DNA of 64,000 nt from Eledone cirrhosa (lineage: Eukaryota), in the NCBI GenBank assembly GCA_964016885.1, contig OZ024744.1, positions 55,304,001 through 55,368,000 of the forward strand. Reading direction: 5' to 3'. The translations under genes and the position numbers were made by a program. Shown here piece after piece: positions 1 to 12,893 of this stretch. Each line of letters opens with the position of its first letter. Positions within the stretch are counted from its first letter, which is position 1. The notes beneath the pieces are model-generated. The model worked only from the letters and a program-made list of their open reading frames with translations, made no database searches and was not told the DNA's origin.

Positions 1-205
1 TGTAGGTAACACGGTAAAAAGTTCCCAATTCCACACTGTAAATATGGTTGGTGTTAGGAAGGGCATCCAGCCGTAGAAAACCTGCCAGATAGTCCTATAC
101 AAGTGAGACACGGTCACTCGACCAACCTTGTCTCAAGTGGGACAACTCCCGTCTAACCCATGCTAGCGTGGAAAATGGACGTTAAACGAAGATGATGATG
201 ATGAT
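1..205 (+). mobile_element. RTE-clade LINE 3' end with (GAT)n tail
   Basis: Matches the 3' UTR of the RT-coding element at 7931-9874 (AACCCATGCTAGCGTGGAAAATGGACGTTAAACG then GAT repeats), followed by TA-rich sequence. Confidence 0.85.
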
Positions 206-218
206 ATATACACATATA

Positions 219-480
219 TGTCCATTTCCCATGCTTACATGGGTTAGGCATATTGTCACATTATGAGGCAAGTGAGGTCAGTGATCACATCTAGCCCCTA
301 TTGATCCGTACTTTGGCTTGGCTTCTGTAGGTAGATGCCTTTCCTAACACCTACCATGACACAGTGTGGACTGGGTGCTTTTTATCATGTCACCAAAACA
401 ATCAACAGGATTGAATGGGTGGGTTTTATCATGTCACCAGCACGAATACCTACAGGGTGGACTGAATGCTTTTTTTTTTC
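219..480 (-). mobile_element. Diverged RTE-related non-autonomous/3' UTR fragment
   Basis: Shares CCATG...CATGGGTTAG and GATGCCTTCCTAACACC motifs with RTE 3' ends in this window. Confidence 0.55.
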
Positions 481-499
481 TTGTCTCAACATTATATAT

Positions 500-936
500 G
501 TGGTGTGTGTGTTTATGTCTATGAATACATGGCTGGCTGAATATATATGTATTTTTGTGTATGTGTGTGTGTATATGTCTGTATATGAATACGTGGCTGA
601 CTGAATATATATATGTGTGTGTGTGTATATATGTTTATGTATATAAATACATGGCTGACTGAATATATATATGTGCATGTGTGTGTGTGTGTATATATTT
701 ATGTATATCAGTGGTTCTCAACTGGGATCCACATGGACCCTGGGGGTCCACAGGCAAAAAATAGAATAAGCTTTTCTTTTGTCGAATAGCTGAGGGGGTC
801 CACCCCCCAAAAAAATAAGGGAAAAGGGGTCCATGAGTAAAAAAAGGTTGAGAACCACTGATGTATATGAATACATGTCTGACTAAATATATGTGTGTAT
901 ATATATGACTATGTATATGAATACATGGCTGATTGA

Positions 937-972
<36 letters not shown>

Positions 973-1086
973 ATATATGTTTATGTATGGCTGACTAAAT
1001 ATATATATATGTGTGTGTGTATATAGTTATGTATATGAATACATGCCTGACTGAATATATGTGTATGTATGTGTGTGTGTATGTTT
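500..1086. repeat. Degenerate edge of the 48-bp minisatellite, interrupted by a MITE
   Basis: Repeated ATGAATACATGGCTGACTGAATATAT(GT)n units. Confidence 0.8.
709..860. mobile_element. hAT (Charlie-like) MITE, 152 bp
   Basis: 14-bp TIRs CAGTGGTTCTCAAC / GTTGAGAACCACTG; perfect 8-bp TSD ATGTATAT at 701-708 and 861-868. Confidence 0.9.
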
Positions 1087-1643
1087 CATCATCATCATCT
1101 TCATTTAATGTCCATTTTCCACGCTAGCATGGGTTAGACGGGAGTTGTCCCACTTGAGGCAAGGTTGGTCGGGTGACCGTGTCTCGCACATATAGGACTA
1201 TCTGGCAGGTTTTCTATGGCTGGATGCCCTTCCTAACACCAACCACATTTACAGTGTGGAACTGGGAACTTTTTACCGTGTTACCTACACGGCCATATTA
1301 CAGCGTGGACTTTTTTTTTTGTTGTGACACCTACACGATCTTGATCTTGATCTCATTTATTTGGACTGGATGTTGTGGTACCAACTTTACAGAGAGAGGG
1401 TGGTGTTGGTGGGAGTGGGAGGATAGGGTAGGGGTAGTGGATTGGGGTGTATATTTGGTTAAGAGGTGCCTACTGACTGTAGGTTTTGCTTTGTACTTAG
1501 GCAAGGCGGGTCTTCTGTACTACTGCGTAGCGCCAAAGATCTCGGTCCAGTGACATTGTCTTAGAGAGGTGCAAGTGTTTAAGGTCGGGATTTATCAGAT
1601 CGTCCCAGGTTTTCCTGGGTCTACCTACTCCGTAACTACCATC
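1087..1643 (-). mobile_element. 5'-truncated RTE LINE inserted in the minisatellite
   Basis: (CAT)n at the left end, RTE 3' UTR and ORF C-terminus; TGTTT on both sides is a possible short TSD. Confidence 0.85.
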
Positions 1644-4157
1644 TGTTTATGTATATGAATACATGGCTGACTGAATATATGTGTATGTATGTATATGTTT
1701 ATGTATATGAATATATGGCTGACTGAATATATGTGTGTGTATATGTTTATGTATATGAATATATGGCTGACTGAATATATGTGTGTGTATATGTTTATGT
1801 ATATGAATACATGGCTGACTGAATATATGTGTGTGTATATGTTTATGTATATGAATATATGGCTGACTGAATATATGTGTGTGTATATGTTTATGTATAT
1901 GAATACATGGCTGACTGAATATATGTGTGTGTATATGTTTATGTATATGAATATATGGCTGACTGAATATATGTGTGTGTATATGTTTATGTATATGAAT
2001 ATATGGCTGACTGAATATATGTGTGTGTATATGTTTATGTATATGAATACATGGCTGACTGAATATATGTGTGTGTATATGTTTATGTATATGAATATAT
2101 GGCTGACTGAATATATGTGTGTGTATATGTTTATGTATATGAATACATGGCTGACTGAATATATGTGTGTGTATATGTTTATGTATATGAATATATGGCT
2201 GACTGAATATATGTGTGTGTATATGTTTATGTATATGAATATATGGCTGTCTGAATATATGTGTGTGTGTGTATGTTTATGTATATGAATATATGGCTGT
2301 CTGAATATATATGTGTGTGTATATGTTTATGTATATGAATATATGGCTGTCTGAATATATATGTGTGTATATGTTTATGTATATGAATATATGGCTGTCT
2401 GAATATATGTGTGTGTATATGTTTATGTATATGAATATATGGCTGTCTGAATATATGTGTGTGTGTGTATGTTTATGTATATGAATATATGGCTGACTGA
2501 ATATATGTGAGTGTATGTTTATGTATATGAATATATGGCTGACTGAATATATGTGTGTGTATATGTTTATGTATATGAATATATGGCTGACTGAATATAT
2601 ATGTGTGTGTATATGTTTATGTATATGAATATATGGCTGTCTGAATATATGTGTGTGTGTGTATGTTTATGTATATGAATATATGGCTGACTGAATATAT
2701 GTGTGTGTATATGTTTATGTATATGAATATATGGCTGTCTGAATATATGTGTGTGTGTGTATGTTTATGTATATGAATATATGGCTGACTGAATATATGT
2801 GTGTGTGTGTATGTTTATGTATATGAATATATGGCTGTCTGAATATATATGTGTGTGTATATGTTTATGTATATGAATATATGGCTGACTGAATATATGT
2901 GTGTGTATATGTTTATGTATATGAATATATGGCTGACTGAATATATGTGTGTGTATATGTTTATGTATATGAATACATGGCTGACTGAATATATGTGTGT
3001 GTATATGTTTATGTATATGAATATATGGCTGACTGAATATATGTGTGTGTATATGTTTATGTATATGAATATATGGCTGTCTGAATATATGTGTGTGTGT
3101 GTATGTTTATGTATATGAATATATGGCTGTCTGAATATATATGTGTGTGTATATGTTTATGTATATGAATATATGGCTGTCTGAATATATATGTGTGTAT
3201 ATGTTTATGTATATGAATATATGGCTGTCTGAATATATGTGTGTGTATATGTTTATGTATATGAATATATGGCTGTCTGAATATATGTGTGTGTGTGTAT
3301 GTTTATGTATATGAATATATGGCTGACTGAATATATGTGAGTGTATGTTTATGTATATGAATATATGGCTGACTGAATATATGTGTGTGTATATGTTTAT
3401 GTATATGAATATATGGCTGACTGAATATATATGTGTGTGTATATGTTTATGTATATGAATATATGGCTGTCTGAATATATGTGTGTGTGTGTATGTTTAT
3501 GTATATGAATATATGGCTGACTGAATATATGTGTGTGTATATGTTTATGTATATGAATATATGGCTGTCTGAATATATGTGTGTGTGTGTATGTTTATGT
3601 ATATGAATATATGGCTGACTGAATATATGTGTGTGTGTGTATGTTTATGTATATGAATATATGGCTGTCTGAATATATATGTGTGTGTATATGTTTATGT
3701 ATATGAATATATGGCTGACTGAATATATGTGTGTGTATATGTTTATGTATATGAATATATGGCTGTCTGAATATATGTGTGTGTGTATATGTTTATGTAT
3801 ATGAATATATGGCTGACTGAATATATGTGTGTGTATATGTTTATGTATATGAATATATGGCTGTCTGAATATATGTGTGTGTGTGTATGTTTATGTATAT
3901 GAATATATGGCTGTCTGAATATATATGTGTGTGTATATGTTTATGTATATGAATATATGGCTGTCTGAATATATGTGTGTGTGTGTATGTTTATGTATAT
4001 GAATACATGGCTGACTGAATATATGTGTGTGTGTGTATGTTTATGTATATGAATATATGGCTGACTGAATATATGTGTGTGTATATGAATATATGGCTGA
4101 CTGAATATATGTGTGTGTATATGTTTATGTATATGAATATATGGCTGACTGAATATA

Positions 4158-4191
<34 letters not shown>

Positions 4192-4560
4192 TTTATGTAT
4201 ATGAATACATGGCTGGCTGAATGTGTGTGTGTGTATGTTTATGTATATGAATATATGGCTGACTGAATATGTGTGTGTGTGTGTATATTTATGTATATGA
4301 AATCAGCTGACTGAATATGTGTGTGTGTGTATGTTTATGTATATGAAATCAGCTGACTGAATATATATGTGTGTGTGTGTATATATATATGTTTATGTAT
4401 ATGAATACATGGCTGACTGAATGTGTGTGTGTATGTTTATGTATATGAAATCAACTGACTGAATATGTGTGTGTGTGTATGTTTATGTATATTAAATTAT
4501 AGCTGACTGAATATATATGTGTGTGTGTGTGTGTTTATATGAATACATGGCTGACTCAAT
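1644..4560. repeat. ~48-bp minisatellite, roughly 60 units, with higher-order structure
   Basis: Unit ATGTTTATGTATATGAATATATGGCTGACTGAATATATGTGTGTGTAT; variants ATA/ACA and GAC/GTC, variable (GT)n. Confidence 0.97.
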
Positions 4561-4790
4561 ACACACTTGCTATTTCTCAACAAATTTGTTTCCGCTCCCT
4601 TCTCTTCTCACTCTTTCTATCAATCTTTCACTCAATCTTTCCATTTCATCTTTTATTTCTCATTCTATCTTCTGATGAAGGACTAGTGTCCGAAATACAA
4701 GGAGTCTTTTAGTACTATATCAAGCATTAAACTAATATATTTCTTTATCGTAGCATTTTTGCCTGGTTAACATAAAGGTAAAGGTTCAAG
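4560..4790 (+). mobile_element. Penelope-like pseudo-LTR fragment with hammerhead-like motif
   Basis: CTGATGAAGGACTAGTGTCCGAAA at 4672-4695, then TCAAGCATTAAACTAATATAT; a second copy lies on the minus strand at ~11720-11935. Confidence 0.6.
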
Positions 4791-5796
4791 TTCTGCAGGT
4801 GCTAGTGCCACTTCATCTTTTAAGGGGGTCTAAATGCCTTATTATTTAGACTATTTTTCTGTATTAAAAGAAAATTGATGAGGCTTCTAACTTTTTCATA
4901 AATTTCAAATTCCACCCATCATTTCTAAATATGTCAATGTGTATAAATATATATATAGAGAGAGAGACTGAGAATCTGCAGTATTGAGATGAAGAGATGC
5001 GTGTGTGTGTATATATATATGTGTATGTGTATATATGTATGTGTATCTATATATGTGTGTGTGTGTACATTTGTGTATATGTATGTCTTTACTTTTTCTT
5101 TTTTATCTATATTATATTTCTCTTTTTCTATTTATCAGTTATTTATTTGGAAAAAAAATGTATAGTAATGTACTAGAGTGGTTTGATGTTACACCTCTGC
5201 AGTAGGACAACATATATTTTCTATGCCTCTCTGATATAACATTATGGCGTCATTTTAGATGTAAACAAATTCTCTGACTGTGAGGTGTAGAGCAGTTTGG
5301 TGAGACTTATAATGAAATATTTACTTATAACTGATTTTGATAAGTCCCCATAAGGGGACGAAACGTTTGTAAATCAATATTTAATGTACTCGGTAATTAT
5401 TTTAATGAATAATTTGCTTCATGCGTAATTATCATTTTTAACATAATAGGATTTTGTACACATGGTTGTCTGAGAAATCTATCAAAGAAGTATGAAACAT
5501 AGCCTTTTGTACTGTTTATTATAATAAATTACGGTATTTTGAGTTGTTTTCTCCACCTACCTCCTTCCAATTTTTTATATTGTTTTTGTAAAAAATGATA
5601 TTTTTTTCATTCATATATATATATAATGCAAAGACATAGATATTATTCAATCTTTAACAGACATACAATTCAACTATCATATTCTACTACTATGAATTTA
5701 GCACAAAATATAAACAGAATCAATAATAGAAATCTTAACCAGAATAATAATATATAATACACTCCTTAAACCTCTAGAAATACTGTTTCCAATAAT

Positions 5797-6204
5797 TTGA
5801 ATTCTGATAAATGTAATTGTAGAATTAAATCTAACTGTCCTTTAAATAATAACTGTTTAGTTAAAAATGTAGTCTACAAATACAATGTCAAAAGCAACGA
5901 TAATTCTTTCAACTATGTCGGCTCTACTTCTACTGACTTCAAATCTCGTTTCAATAACCATAAATGTTCGTTTAGGAATATTGGTAAAAAATCTTCAACT
6001 TCTCTATCCAACTTATTATGGAACTTAAAATCCAAGAATATAAACTATTCTTTATCTTGGAATATTGTTTCGAAAGCACCTGCCTACATAAACACTTCTT
6101 TATCCAAATTTTGCAACCTATGTGTTGAAGAAATATTCTTTATACTTAAATGTAAGAACTCCATTAATTTGCGTAATAATTTATTTAGTTCTTGTAAACA
6201 TTGA
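5797..6204 (+). pseudogene. Penelope-like element GIY-YIG endonuclease fragment
   Basis: CNCRIKSNCPLNNNCL..NVVY...YVGST..FKSRFNNH...SLS...W.I...CNLCVEE..FI...N...SCKH, typical of the PLE C-terminal endonuclease. Confidence 0.85.
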
Positions 6205-6320
6205 TTAAATTCAACTTTTAGATATATATATAAAATGTAATTACACGTTTAATCTTCATTACATAATGTTTACTCTATCCAAACACCTATAATCTCATTT
6301 CTTAAATTATATACATATAC

Positions 6321-6490
6321 ACTGTAAATGTGATTGGTGTTAGGAAGGGCATCCAGCCATAGAAAACCTGCCAGATAGTCCTATATGAGCGAGACACGGT
6401 CACCCGACCAACCTTGCCTCAAGTGGGACAACTCCCGTCTAACCCATGCTAGCGTGGAAAGTGGATGTTAAACGAGGATGATGATGATGA
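6321..6490 (+). mobile_element. RTE 3' end with (GAT)n tail
   Basis: Near-identical to 35-205. Confidence 0.85.
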
Positions 6491-7930
6491 TATGTTCAGA
6501 AATTTAATGTAATTTTAATTATTTCGTAAATATATAATACACTCCTTAAATCTCTAATTTACCTCTTAAAACATTTACTTTCTAATATTTCTTCTTCATA
6601 TATATATTTTACCTTATCTATCTTACTTCCCAAAATATCTAACAATCCTTCTGGATTGTTTACTTGAAAACTTCTGAGGTTTTTTAAAATGGTCTTTTAA
6701 AATGTTTTAAAAGTTTTTTAAGAGTGTTATAGAAAATTATAAAAATTATTCCTTTAGGCTAACTAATATTTTAATATTTTCGAAATTAATATTTTTTTTA
6801 ATTTATACTATCCAATATTCTAAACACTCTTAAATATTTTAAATATTTTAAATATTTAACTACTTCCAAATATTTCTGAATACTCTTTATATTTCGAATA
6901 ATTTAGGTTCTAATTATAATTTACGAATAGGTTTTAAACATTTAAAATGATTTTTATGTATCTTAGGAGTTTTCTGAGATTTCTAAAAAATGTTCTAAAA
7001 ATCTCATAACACTTCTTTATAGGTTTTATAATCTTAATTTTTATAGTCAGAATTTCTAAATGGTTTTAGTATACACCTTTAATTAAGTAATTTTTCGTAA
7101 CCTTGGTAATTTTTCCTAAGTACGTAAGATTTGACTTAATAAATTCTGGCTAAATATATTTTTGTCAAACTCAACTCATAATAACTAGTAAATAAACAAA
7201 TCTTGTTTCTCAATATTTTTCCAATGTAAAACATTATACATTTAAATAATTTATCATCTATAACATGACATATAATTTTAAATACATCTTTAATGTAATA
7301 TATCCTTATTTTTTAATTTAACACTATTTTTAATTTATCATTATCATTAATTTATCATTATTTTTATCTTATCATTATTTTTTAATATAAACATAACAAA
7401 AAACTGTATTTACGAGATATGGATTCATCCCAAGATAAGCTTATTTCTTCGCTCGTTCTTCTTTAACTTTTTTCATTATTACTCTGCATATGATTCTTAT
7501 TCTTTCTCTCTTTTTTTCCTCTCTCTCTTTCTTTCTTCTCTCTTTTTCTTTTCTTTTTCTTTCTCTTTTTTTCTCTCTCTCCCCCCTTTTTTTTTTATCT
7601 TTCTCTCTCTCCTTTCTTCTTTTCTTCTCTTTCTCTCTTTTCTTCCAACAGTATAATTTAAATAAACCGTTGTTTTTTCAATTTTTTTGGACATTCATTT
7701 GCATACTCACACATTAATCACCCTCAATAAAACATTTTCCCACTATCCAGCGAACCTCCAACCTCCAACCGGGTATGTCAACATTATAAAACAAATTTTG
7801 TATTTTATCTGATGAAAGCGCACCAAAATTTGCCTTGGTTGCCCTTGAAATATATATAATAAAATAATTATGGTTTTATAAATATAGTTTCCTTTTATTA
7901 ATATAATGTATATATATATATATATATATA

Positions 7931-9870
7931 AATGAAGACGGGTAAGGCAGCTGGGCCTTCGGAAATAGTTGCTGAGATGCTGAAGGCATCTGGCACGGTA
8001 GGACACACCATGGTCACCCGGATAGTTAACCAAGTCGTACAGAATGGGGTTGTTCCGAAGGACTGGCGTAGCAGCATCATCGTTAACTGTTATAAGGGTA
8101 AAGGAGATGCCCTAGATAGGAAAAAATTTTGAGGCATTAAATTAATCGACCAGGTCATGAAGGTCACGGAAAAAGTAATAGCGCAACTAATCAGAGAGAG
8201 AATTGACCTAGATGAAATGCAGTTCGGGTTTGTGTCAGGCAAAAGTACCACAGACACTCTTTTCATTGTACGACAACTACAGGAGAAGTACCTAGCTAAA
8301 AGTAAACCCTTATACTTAGCTTTTGTCGACTTGGAGAAAGCCTTCGACAGAGTCCCCCGTTCCATTATCTGGTGGGTTCTTAGAAAACTAGGTGTCGACG
8401 AATGGCTTGTGAGAGCTATACAAGCCATGTATAAAGAAACAGTCAGCAAGGTTAGAATTAACAACGAATATAGTGAAGAGTTTAGTGTAAAAGTTGGTGT
8501 ACATCAGGGCTCTGTTCTTAGCCCCCTACTATTTATTATTGCCCTTCAGGCTATAACAGGAGTTCAAGACCGGCTGCCCATGGGAACTCCTATACGCAGA
8601 CGACCTAACACTCATAGCTGAATCAATGGCCGAGCTAGAGAAGAAATTCCAAACATGGAAGCACGGCCTAGAATCAAAAGGCCTTAAAATTAACCTGGCT
8701 AAGACCAAAGTTCTAGTTTGTAGGAAAGAAAATAAGGCGGCGGTCCCTTTCGGGAAGTGGCCATGCTCAGTGTGTAGGAAAGGCGTAGGTAGAAACTCCA
8801 TTTTGTGTCAGAAATGCAAAGTATGGGTGCATAAAAGATGTAGAGGGATCACAGGTAAACTAACTAAGAACATAGATTTCACATGTGGCCGGTGCTCTGG
8901 TGCAATAAGTAGCAGCAAGTGCCCACAAAATACTAGCTCTTTCAACTGCGCAGAGGGCTCTATAGAAATAGTGGACAGCTTCCGTTACCTGGGTGACAAA
9001 ATCAGCAGTGGGGGAGGGTGCTCTGAAAGTACAGTAGCTAGAGTCAGAACTGGATGGAAAAAGTTCAGAGAGCTTATACCACTATTAGCCGCTAAAGGGT
9101 TCTCCCTAAAAATGAAAGGCAGGTTGTATGATGCCTGCATACGAACAGCAATGTTGCATGGCAGTGAGACCTGGGCATTGTGTGCAGAGGATATACGCAG
9201 ACTAGAGAGGAACGAAGCTTGCATGCTCCGCTGGATGTGTAATAGTAATATACGTGAACGGCAAAGCATAAACGAACTAAGGAAAAAATTAGAAATAAGA
9301 GGGATCAGATGTTGTTTACTCGAGAGAAGGCTACGTTGGTATGGTCACGTGATGCGCATGAAAGTCGATAGCTGTATAACAAAGTGCAGGGCAATAAAGA
9401 TAGACGGTAGCAGGCAGACCTAGAAAAACCTGGACCGAGACCTTTGGCGGTACTCAGTAATAGAGAAGACCCGCCTTACCTAAATACATAGTAAAACCTA
9501 CTACAGTCAGTAGGCATCTCTAACAAAATACACCCCCGTCCCACCACCCCCACCCCATCCACACCGCCCCCTTCTATGTAAAGTTATGTTGGTGCCACAC
9601 CATCCAGGCCGAAACAAATGAGATCGTGTAGGTGTCACAACAAAAAAACACACAGTCCACGCTGTAATGTGGCCGTGTAGGCAACACGGTAAAAACCTCC
9701 CAGACCCACACTGTAAATGTGGTTGGTGTTAGGAAGGGCATCCAACTGTAGAAAACCTGCCAGACAGTCCTATGCGAGCAAGACAATCACTCTTGCCTCA
9801 AGTGGGAAAACCCCCGTCCAAACCCATGCAAGCGTGGAACACGGACGTTAAACGTTGATGATGATGATGA

Positions 9871-9874
<4 letters not shown>
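7931..9874 (+). mobile_element. 5'-truncated RTE-clade LINE (RT, PHD-like finger, 3' UTR, (GAT)n tail), disrupted
   Basis: KAAGPSEI, QFGF, FVDLEKAFDRV, GVHQGSVLSPLLF, frameshifted LLYADDL, FRYLG, HGSETW; flanked by (TA)n on both sides. Confidence 0.95.
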
Positions 9875-9904
<30 letters not shown>

Positions 9905-10520
9905 CTTCAAAATATTAATAAATATAGACATTCATGTGATCAAATATATTTTATTATACATATTTCAGAGGTACTTAATCAGTACGACCTCATCAGATAA
10001 AATAAATTGATGTCTGACATATCTCAACTGTGCTGATGGTTCAATTCCAGTCTTTATTCATTGATTAATCAATGGATCTTGTTAAACTTTTATATAAATA
10101 TACAAGCAGGGAAAAGCGGACGTAAAATGAAATAGGTGTAAATCAAAGTTTTAGCTGTTGCACAGCAAGTTCTATTCGATTTGTTTGAGGCAGTCACAAA
10201 ACACTGAATGGATCGAAAGTTAAAAACATTAGGTCCAAATTAAACACAACAATTATAAAGTGTGACACCCAGGAAACAGATGAAACGTTCTGACCATACA
10301 TATAATACAATGACAATAGATACTAACCTAATAGATATCTAACCTGGACCATCTCAAATATTACTCCCCAGTAGCTACCTAACCATCACTTCCTCCCCCC
10401 TTACTCCATTATAACAAGCCACTTCGTCCTGTGAAGCCATTAGCTACATCTTGTACCCTTATGCACCCCTTACACCACCCTCTTTTTAGTATTTTCTCCA
10501 TCACTACATCTATACACCTA

Positions 10521-11702
10521 TACATATATATAAAACTGTAGTTGTCTCTGTGTGTGTGTGTCCCCTCATTTTTGCAAAGTCTATACAAATCCACATTCTA
10601 CTCCGATTGACTTCAAACTTGCATTTATATATTCCTTGCGGTCTAAAGATATTAACTGCAGCTTTTATTTTTCAATTTTCTGTTGTTAAAGGGGTGTTAG
10701 GCACTGGTTATCCATCTCCACCGCGCCCTTATAATATCTGTCTGTATGCCTGCTGTCTGCATTACGACGTTCTGACAAACATTGTTCTCATTGCTGACGT
10801 ATTATCTTCGCTATTTTCCGTTCATTGCCAGGGAACGTCTTCACGAACCAAAGTATCGTCTTCCTGTTTTCCTTCGGTTGCAACGTTTTTCGAAATATTT
10901 AATTCTGCGTTCACAGATTGACTTTTTCAGTTTCAGAAGATCCCGTTAAGGGTGAAAGCAGCGATTCTTTGCTTAAACTTTAATCTGTTATTTTAATATA
11001 TAATATAAGCGAGGCAAGCCAGCCCAGTTGCCACTTCTTGCCAATAAACATTAACCCTTTGTGCGCCATTCATCTAACTGTAGACCAACAAATACCAACT
11101 AAACGGAACATTGACAAGAACGATGGCGAATGAATCTTCAAGGTAAGCAGTTTCCTCCCGAGCTGTTAGTTCACGCGGAATTCTCTGCTACACCTTTTCG
11201 TAATAATACCGAACAATGTACTGCTGGTCACTCCTTCCTCCAAAAGCCATACAAAGTGGACATGTGCATCGGGCGGATGGATCAGGTGCAAATCTACACC
11301 AGGCCTACGCAAGAAATTCGCAAGGGACTGCACCGAGAGGGATAGAGAGAAAGAGTAACTTAGTGGAAAGAGTGCGAATGAACTTTTGAGGTAAGTTGTC
11401 TACGCCTTACTGCTATGACACTGGAACCTTCTGCCAACTTAACCTGTGTCTTTCTCTTTCACATTTACTCCAATAGGCCAAAACAGAGGAGTATGAAAAG
11501 AAGGGACTCAACAATATTTCTATGAACAATGCACGTAGACAGCTAAACTGTACTTTCAACTTCTTAATTTTCTCCAAATAAAACAAGTTTCCTGTCGGTA
11601 TATTTTCGTGAGCTTTTAACAGGCACTCACAAATAAACATTTCTCATTGGAGGTGCTATTACCAATGTTCTTACCCGTGCAATGCCGGGATACATTGCTA
11701 GT
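10521..11702 (+). mobile_element. Non-autonomous Helitron-type element
   Basis: 5' TATATATAAAACTG..(TG)n; 3' hairpin CCCGTGCAATGCCGGG then CTAG|T; shares blocks with 12570-13190 and 35556-36240. Confidence 0.65.
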
Positions 11703-11719
11703 ATATATATATATGTGTG

Positions 11720-11935
11720 TATGTAAAAGGTAAACAGAAATAACAACACAATCGGTACAGTATATGGAAGGAATATATTAGTTTAATGCTTGAAATAGCT
11801 GGAAGAGGGTCTTAACGTTTTGGACGCTAGTCCTCCATCAAAAGAAAGAATGAGAAATTAGAAAAATTGGAGGGATGGGTGGGGTGGAATCGGAAAAAAT
11901 GTTTTTAGAGAAAAATAACAGGTCCATTCATGTAC
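11720..11935 (-). mobile_element. Penelope-like pseudo-LTR fragment, same family as 4560-4790
   Basis: Reverse strand reads TTGATGGAGGACTAGCGTCCAAAACGTTAAGACC...TCAAGCATTAAACTAATATAT. Confidence 0.55.
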
Positions 11936-11966
11936 ATACATGTACACATAGAGATATATATTATAT

Positions 11967-12857
11967 ACTAGCAGTGGTACCCGGCGTTGCACAGGATAGG
12001 GTATTTTGGAACGCGGGCCACCAACAGACCTAATCGTGGAAAAACTTCATGCGTGGACAATATGTAAAGAAAATAAACCGAATACTCTGATGGCTGGATA
12101 ATCTTTAAGATTTTCCTCGATTCACCTAATGAGGGCCCTAGGGGATCAAGAAAATAAATTTTTTTTATGTGCATAATATGCCTTGAAATTTCGGGAAAAT
12201 CAGCTAGACGTAACGCCTCAAAAGAAGCCCTAAAAAGCTGAAAAAATGAAGTTTTTCACCTAATGCGGGCCCTAGGCCATAAAAAAGTTGCATTTTCTTT
12301 GCTCACGGTATGAAGAAGAGACTGACTAATACATAGTTATAATTTCAAGGAAATCAGTCTGACATAACGACTCAAATAAACCCCTAAAAACCTGAAAAAA
12401 CGCAGTTTTTCAACTAATGCTAGGGGATCAAAAAGTTGAATTTTTTTTATGCACATAACACTCCCTGTAACAAGTAATACACATGTAAAGTTTGAAAAAA
12501 GTCGGTTGGGTACTTCTCGAGTTTTAGGGATTCAAACTCACACACACACAGTCATCCTCAGGAAGTGACGTAATGCAGACAGTCAGACATACAGACAGAT
12601 ATTATAAGTGCGCGACGTTATATGTATGTATCTATCTAAAAAGAGAAAGACTAAGAATTATAGAGAGAGATCGCTAAATCGCCTAATGCGGTCCCTAGGG
12701 CATTGAAAATTTAGAAATTTTTTTTGCTCAGAACACTCCCTGAAACATAAGTATTACATGTGTAAAGTTTGAAAACAGTCGGTTGGGTGGTTCTCGAGTG
12801 TTAGGGATTCAAACTCACACACACACAGACAGACATCCTCAGTTTTATATATATAGA
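11967..12857 (-). mobile_element. Non-autonomous Helitron-type element with internal subrepeats
   Basis: ACTAGCAG..CCCGGCGTTGC at left (3' CTAG plus hairpin on minus strand); GACAGACA..TTTTATATATATAGA at right (5' TC end). Confidence 0.75.
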
Positions 12858-12893
12858 CTAGCAGAAAACCACCCAGGTGCGGTTTTCTGATAG

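Noticed and set aside
1689-2288. 199-aa repetitive ORF (MFMYMNIWLTEYMCVY)n
   Set aside because: By-product of a 48-bp stop-free unit; the frame breaks wherever (GT)n length varies
7490-7717. Phe/Ser/Leu-rich membrane-like and Lys/Glu-rich ORFs
   Set aside because: Translations of a polypyrimidine low-complexity tract
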